DNA of 56,734 bases from Burkholderiaceae bacterium. GTDB lineage: Bacteria; Pseudomonadota; Gammaproteobacteria; Burkholderiales; Burkholderiaceae_D. The notes under the pieces are model-generated. The model saw only the letters and a list, made by a program, of their open reading frames with translations. It was not told the origin of the DNA and did not search any database. The position numbers and the translations under genes were made by a program. The stretch is from positions 1-56,734 of the forward strand of contig JAISAG010000131.1 of assembly GCA_031266815.1 (NCBI GenBank). The letters run 5' to 3'. This document shows positions 52,426 through 56,734 of this stretch, one piece after another (the first letter of the stretch is position 1; each line of letters begins with the position of its first letter).

Positions 52426-53916
52426 ATGACCGAATCCGAATTTGATGCGCTGACAAAACAGGGTTACAACCGTATCCCTCTGGTGCTTGAAACCGTCGCT
52501 GATATTGAAACGCCGCTTTCTCTCTATATCAAGCTGACACGCCACAACAGCAAGAACTCCTTTCTGCTCGAGTCCGTTGTGGGAGGAGAACGGTTTGGTC
52601 GCTACTCGTTCATCGGCCTGCCCGCCTCAACCGTGCTGCACGTGCACGGTATGCGTACCGAAGTCGTTCGAAACGGACAGGTTATCGAAAACTATGCGGG
52701 TAACCCGCTGGACTTTATCGCAACGTACCTGTCCCGCTTTCGCGTCGCTATCCCGCCCGGACTACCCCGCTTTTGCGGGGGGTTGGCGGGTTATTTTTCC
52801 TACGATACCGTGCGGTACATTGAGCCACGCCTCTGGAATTCCGCTCCACCAGACGACCTGGGTTTGCCTGACATTCGATTGCTTCTGACGGAAGAGATCG
52901 CCGTTATTGACAACCTGACCGGCAAGCTGTACCTGATCGTCTACGCAAACCTCGAGCACCCCGACGCATACGCGCGGGCGAGGACGCGCATTCTTGAACT
53001 TCGCACAATGCTGGACGCGCCTATCGTGGTTCCGGTCGCGAAAGAGGATGGAACCGCAGAAGTTGTCCGCGAAATGTCAAAAGAGCACTTCCTTGCCATC
53101 GTGGAAAAAACGAAGGAGTATATCGCCAGAGGCGATTGTATGCAGGTTGTACTGGGACAACGCCTGAAAAGACGCTACACGAGCCCCCCTTTGTCGCTCT
53201 ACCGTTCATTGCGCTCACTGAATCCGTCTCCCTACCTGTACTACTACGATTTCGGTGACATGCATATCGTTGGCTCTTCCCCCGAAATTCTCGTGCGCCA
53301 GGAAATCACCCGCGAGGGAACCCGGGTGATTGTCAGACCGCTGGCAGGTACCCGCCCAAGAGGAGACACCCCGGAGAAAGACGCCCAGCTCGCGGCAGAC
53401 CTGTTATCTGATGAAAAAGAAATTGCCGAGCATGTCATGCTGATTGACCTGGCAAGAAACGACATCGGCAGAATCGCCCGGATAGGCAGCGTACAGGTCA
53501 CAGAGAAAATGGCTATCGAAAAATATTCACATGTACAACACATCGTTTCACATGTGGAAGGCATCCTGAAACCCGGGCTTTCCAACCTGGATGTACTGAA
53601 AGCCACTTTCCCTGCCGGCACGCTTTCCGGCGCCCCCAAGGTGCGCGCCATGGAAATTATTGACGAAATGGAGCCAGTCAAACGCGGTGTGTACGGTGGC
53701 GCCTGCGGCTACATCTCTTTTGGAGGGGAAATGGATCTGGCCATCGCCATACGGACCGGCCTCATCCATGACAACACACTGTATGTACAGGCAGGCGCAG
53801 GTATCGTCGCCGATTCGCGCCCTGAAGCGGAGTGGCAGGAAACGGAAAACAAGGCCCGGGCAGTTATTCGGGCAGCAGAGCAAGTGCCGGATCACATGGG
53901 CACCTTTCTGCGCTGA
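52426..53916 (+). CDS. trpE: Anthranilate synthase component I
   Basis: [66 protein letters not shown]. Confidence 0.95.
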   Translation: MTESEFDALTKQGYNRIPLVLETVADIETPLSLYIKLTRHNSKNSFLLESVVGGERFGRYSFIGLPASTVLHVHGMRTEVVRNGQVIENYAGNPLDFIATYLSRFRVAIPPGLPRFCGGLAGYFSYDTVRYIEPRLWNSAPPDDLGLPDIRLLLTEEIAVIDNLTGKLYLIVYANLEHPDAYARARTRILELRTMLDAPIVVPVAKEDGTAEVVREMSKEHFLAIVEKTKEYIARGDCMQVVLGQRLKRRYTSPPLSLYRSLRSLNPSPYLYYYDFGDMHIVGSSPEILVRQEITREGTRVIVRPLAGTRPRGDTPEKDAQLAADLLSDEKEIAEHVMLIDLARNDIGRIARIGSVQVTEKMAIEKYSHVQHIVSHVEGILKPGLSNLDVLKATFPAGTLSGAPKVRAMEIIDEMEPVKRGVYGGACGYISFGGEMDLAIAIRTGLIHDNTLYVQAGAGIVADSRPEAEWQETENKARAVIRAAEQVPDHMGTFLR

Positions 53917-53922
53917 ACCCCT

Positions 53923-55257
53923 ATGTCTGCCACCCCTCGCTCAACGCCGTTTCGTTCAACGCTGCAGCAACACACTCTGGGGTTTTGCTTGCTGGGCGCC
54001 GCGCATACCATTGCCCAACTCGAAGCAGGCAGATCACTCCCTCGCTCCCTTGCGGAAGTTTTTTCGCAAATGAAGGCAGGGGCGCAAGCGAGCGGCGCCA
54101 TGCAGGATATCGCCTACCGCACCGCACGGCAACTGGGACTTGTCCGGGAACTCCTCCGCAAAATGACAGCACACAAACCAGAGCCGGCGCTCTTAAGAGC
54201 ACTGCTGTATTGTGCATTGACGCTTCTCGTCAAAAATACCGAAGAAATGCGCCTGCCCTATGAACCGTTTACACTTGTGAACCAGTGTGTCAATGCGGCT
54301 GCATCCACACCCTTCCTTGCCAATACACGCAACCTGGTCAATGCCATTCTGCGCCGGTTTCTGCGCGAACAAACCAGCCTGATCCTGTCGGCGACAAAAA
54401 ATACGGAAGCGATGTGGAACTATCCCGTATGGTGGGTCAACGACGTCCGCCACGCATATCCCCAGGACTGGCAGACAATCCTGCAGGCGGGGAATTCCCC
54501 TCCTCCTCTCGTGATTCGCGTCAATGCCAGAAAAACGACCACAGAAAACTACCTGGCACGGTTACGCGAGGCCGGTATGGGGGGAACGCACTCCGAAAAA
54601 ATGGCGATCACACTCGCCTCACCCGTTCCCGTTACACAACTCCCCGGCTGGCAGGAAGGATTGATATCTGTTCAAGACGCCTCGGCACAACTTGCCGCCT
54701 ATTTGCTGGATGTGTCTGATGGCATGTCCGTGCTGGACGCCTGTGCTGCTCCCGGAGGCAAGTCCTGTCACATCCTGGAAACCGCCAACGTCAACCTGCT
54801 TGCCATTGACAGTGATGCGGATCGCCTGGCATACATACACGACAATCTGCAGCGCCTCCAGCTGCAGGCAACCGTGCGCCAGGGCGACGCAACCCGGAAG
54901 GACTGGTGGGACGGGCGCCTGTTTGACCGTATCCTGGCCGATGTTCCCTGCACGGCGTCCGGCATCGTTCGCCGCCACCCCGACATCCGGTGGCTCCGAA
55001 AAAAAGCAGATTTAAGCCGACTTGCAACACTTTCGGCGCAAATTATGGACAATCTCTGGCAGATGTTGCGTCCAGGTGGTAAATTGCTCTTTGTAACTTG
55101 CTCAATCTGGCCAGACGAATCGGAAAAGCGAGCGGTCAGTTTTGCCACGAAGAACCATGCGATCACCTTGCCGTCGCCCGGGCAGATTTTGCCCGCAGCA
55201 AAAGAAGCGCATGACGGACTGTTTTATGCCCTCTTTCAAAAACCGGACACTGTTTGA
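53923..55257 (+). CDS. rsmB: 16S rRNA m5C967 methyltransferase
   Basis: NusB-like N-domain, SVQDASAQ, LDACAAPGGKS, ILADVPCTASG..RRHPD, TCS, HDGLFYA. Confidence 0.94.
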   Translation: MSATPRSTPFRSTLQQHTLGFCLLGAAHTIAQLEAGRSLPRSLAEVFSQMKAGAQASGAMQDIAYRTARQLGLVRELLRKMTAHKPEPALLRALLYCALTLLVKNTEEMRLPYEPFTLVNQCVNAAASTPFLANTRNLVNAILRRFLREQTSLILSATKNTEAMWNYPVWWVNDVRHAYPQDWQTILQAGNSPPPLVIRVNARKTTTENYLARLREAGMGGTHSEKMAITLASPVPVTQLPGWQEGLISVQDASAQLAAYLLDVSDGMSVLDACAAPGGKSCHILETANVNLLAIDSDADRLAYIHDNLQRLQLQATVRQGDATRKDWWDGRLFDRILADVPCTASGIVRRHPDIRWLRKKADLSRLATLSAQIMDNLWQMLRPGGKLLFVTCSIWPDESEKRAVSFATKNHAITLPSPGQILPAAKEAHDGLFYALFQKPDTV

Positions 55258-55273
55258 GAATACGTGCGCTGCC

Positions 55274-55840
55274 ATGCAAGGTTTCCTCCGCATTCTGTTC
55301 TTCCTCTGCATTGCCTGGGTGTCGGTGTGTCCTGCCCTGGCAGAGTCGGCTGGCACAATTGAAATAGAGCAAGTCAAGGTAGAACGTGCCGAAAATGCCA
55401 GTCATGTGCTGACGGCGGCTTGCTCGCTGGAACTGAACTCCAGCCTGGAAGAAGCGTTACAGCGCGGTATCCCCCTGTATTTTACCCTTGAGCTGGAAGT
55501 ATCGCGTCCCCGCTGGATGTGGTTCGACGAGAAACCGGTTTCTTCTTCGCGCACCATGCGCATTTCTTATAATGTGCTCACTCACCAGTACGGCGTGGGC
55601 ATTGTCGGTGGACTACAGCAGTACGTCATCTCACTGGAGGAGGCATTAAACCGAATTCGCCGCCCGCCGGCGTGGGTCATTGCAGGGAAAGACGTACTAA
55701 AAACGGGTGAAACCTATTTTGCCGAAATACGTATCGCACTGGATCTGTCGTACCTCCCCAAGCCATTCCAGGTCAATGTCATCAATAACCGCCACTGGCA
55801 ACTCTCTTCTCACTGGAAACACTTTTCATTCGGAGCGTAA
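55274..55840 (+). CDS. DUF4390-like exported protein
   Basis: Signal peptide, ALQRGIPLYF, RW.WFDE, SYNVLT, LDLSYLPKPFQ; between rsmB and the sensor kinase. Confidence 0.82.
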   Translation: MQGFLRILFFLCIAWVSVCPALAESAGTIEIEQVKVERAENASHVLTAACSLELNSSLEEALQRGIPLYFTLELEVSRPRWMWFDEKPVSSSRTMRISYNVLTHQYGVGIVGGLQQYVISLEEALNRIRRPPAWVIAGKDVLKTGETYFAEIRIALDLSYLPKPFQVNVINNRHWQLSSHWKHFSFGA

Positions 55841-55846
55841 AGGGGC

Positions 55847-56734
55847 GTGACACGCACATTTCGCTACGTATTGATCGCAGGAGGCGCCATGATGGGCGTC
55901 CTGCTCTTCTTGCTGGCTTCTGCCGCAGAAAATACGACCTTTTTTGAGCAGCACTACCCCGGGCTGCTGGCGATCAATCTCCTCGCCGCTGCCGCACTGC
56001 TCATTCTGGTCGCGCTGATGTTGCGCCGCCTGTACCGCCACCACAGACGCAAGCGGTTCGGCACCAGGCTGATGACACGGCTCGTCTTGTTGTTCTCGCT
56101 AATGGGCGTTTTGCCTGGCACAGTCATTTACATCGTGTCTGTCCAGTTTGTCTCCCGCTCCATCGAATCCTGGTTCGATGTTCATGTCGAAACGGCCCTG
56201 GATGCCGGCGTCAAATTGGGGCGGGATATTCTGGAAAATGCGCTTTCCGACCTGCACGCACAGGCAGAACAGTTGTCGGCGGAACTGAGCATGCGCCCAC
56301 CGGCAGAGAGACTCCTGATTCTGTCCCGCCTGCAAAACACTTCCAAAAAACTGGAGGCGTCCATCCTGACACGAAATGGGCGAATCATCGCCGCATCAGG
56401 ATTGTCCGGTCAGCACCTGCTTCCCTCCATGCCAACACCGGCCATGCTTCGGCAAGCAATTGAGACATCGCGCTACCTCGCCACGGAATGGCGTGACGAT
56501 GACCCGGAAACCCCTCACGCCAATGAAACAACGCTCAAGCTCCGTGTTATCGTGCCACTATCGGAAAATTCCTTGACCGCGAGAAAAGGGGAGCCGCTCT
56601 TCCTGCATCTGCTGCAAACCGTCTCCCCAACATTGGCACGCGATGCGGAAGCCCTCCGTGCCGCCTACAGCGAATATCAGGTGCGCTCCGTTTCCCGTTC
56701 CGGTCTGCAAAAAATCTATATCGTCACATTGACG
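55847..56734 (+). CDS. NtrY-like membrane sensor histidine kinase (N-terminal part; runs off window)
   Basis: GTG start gives MTRTFRYVLIAGGAMMGVLLFLLASAAENT...FGTRLMTRLVLLFSLMGVLPG..IYIVSVQFVSRSIESWFDVHVETALDAG, typical of the kinase following rsmB-DUF4390. Confidence 0.85.
   Translation, partial: MTRTFRYVLIAGGAMMGVLLFLLASAAENTTFFEQHYPGLLAINLLAAAALLILVALMLRRLYRHHRRKRFGTRLMTRLVLLFSLMGVLPGTVIYIVSVQFVSRSIESWFDVHVETALDAGVKLGRDILENALSDLHAQAEQLSAELSMRPPAERLLILSRLQNTSKKLEASILTRNGRIIAASGLSGQHLLPSMPTPAMLRQAIETSRYLATEWRDDDPETPHANETTLKLRVIVPLSENSLTARKGEPLFLHLLQTVSPTLARDAEALRAAYSEYQVRSVSRSGLQKIYIVTLT

Noticed and set aside
1-56734. CRISPR arrays, IS elements, prophage, defence or toxin-antitoxin systems
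   Set aside because: No repeat-spacer periodicity and no transposase, integrase, phage or defence-like ORFs recognised by eye; the Rep helicase, HIT and nuclease genes are ordinary housekeeping types

Overview
A housekeeping chromosomal segment from a GC-rich Burkholderiales bacterium. Gene content and protein style suggest Oxalobacteraceae, possibly Oxalobacter-like; this is inference only. It holds about 55 CDS (xseB, ubiE/ubiB, ilvA, queF, ptsN-hprK-rapZ, mutY, lolB-ispE-prs-rplY, pth, rep, hslVU, gap, tkt, rsmE, rlmL-like, fused pabAB plus pabC-like, pmbA, metXW, ampG-like, xth, pyrE, trmB, rpsO-pnp, dnaX-ybaB-recR, priA, mltA, rpe-gph-trpE, rsmB and a sensor kinase), plus tRNA-Gln(UUG), tmRNA, SRP RNA and a SAM-II riboswitch. 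I saw no CRISPR array, transposase, integrase or prophage, and I cannot support a clearly new multi-gene system. The best leads are non-coding or recoding signals: (1) a ~270-nt multi-hairpin leader with twin TCCACAAGA loop motifs before a lytic transglycosylase; (2) a SAM-II aptamer apparently coupled to a terminator-like hairpin rather than to the RBS; (3) a candidate -1 frameshift site in dnaX close to the E. coli gamma/tau position; (4) a 12-bp-phased DnaA-box triplet upstream of priA; (5) 11-bp tandem repeats in the tkt leader. Also notable are an atypical fused PabAB-PabC folate cassette, a degraded lipoprotein region after ssrA, and several usual neighbours missing from this window (ubiJ, mutM/TPR, apaG, trpGDC, rpoN/hpf), which may reflect a streamlined anaerobe. 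Start codons were chosen by eye from RBS and family N-termini.
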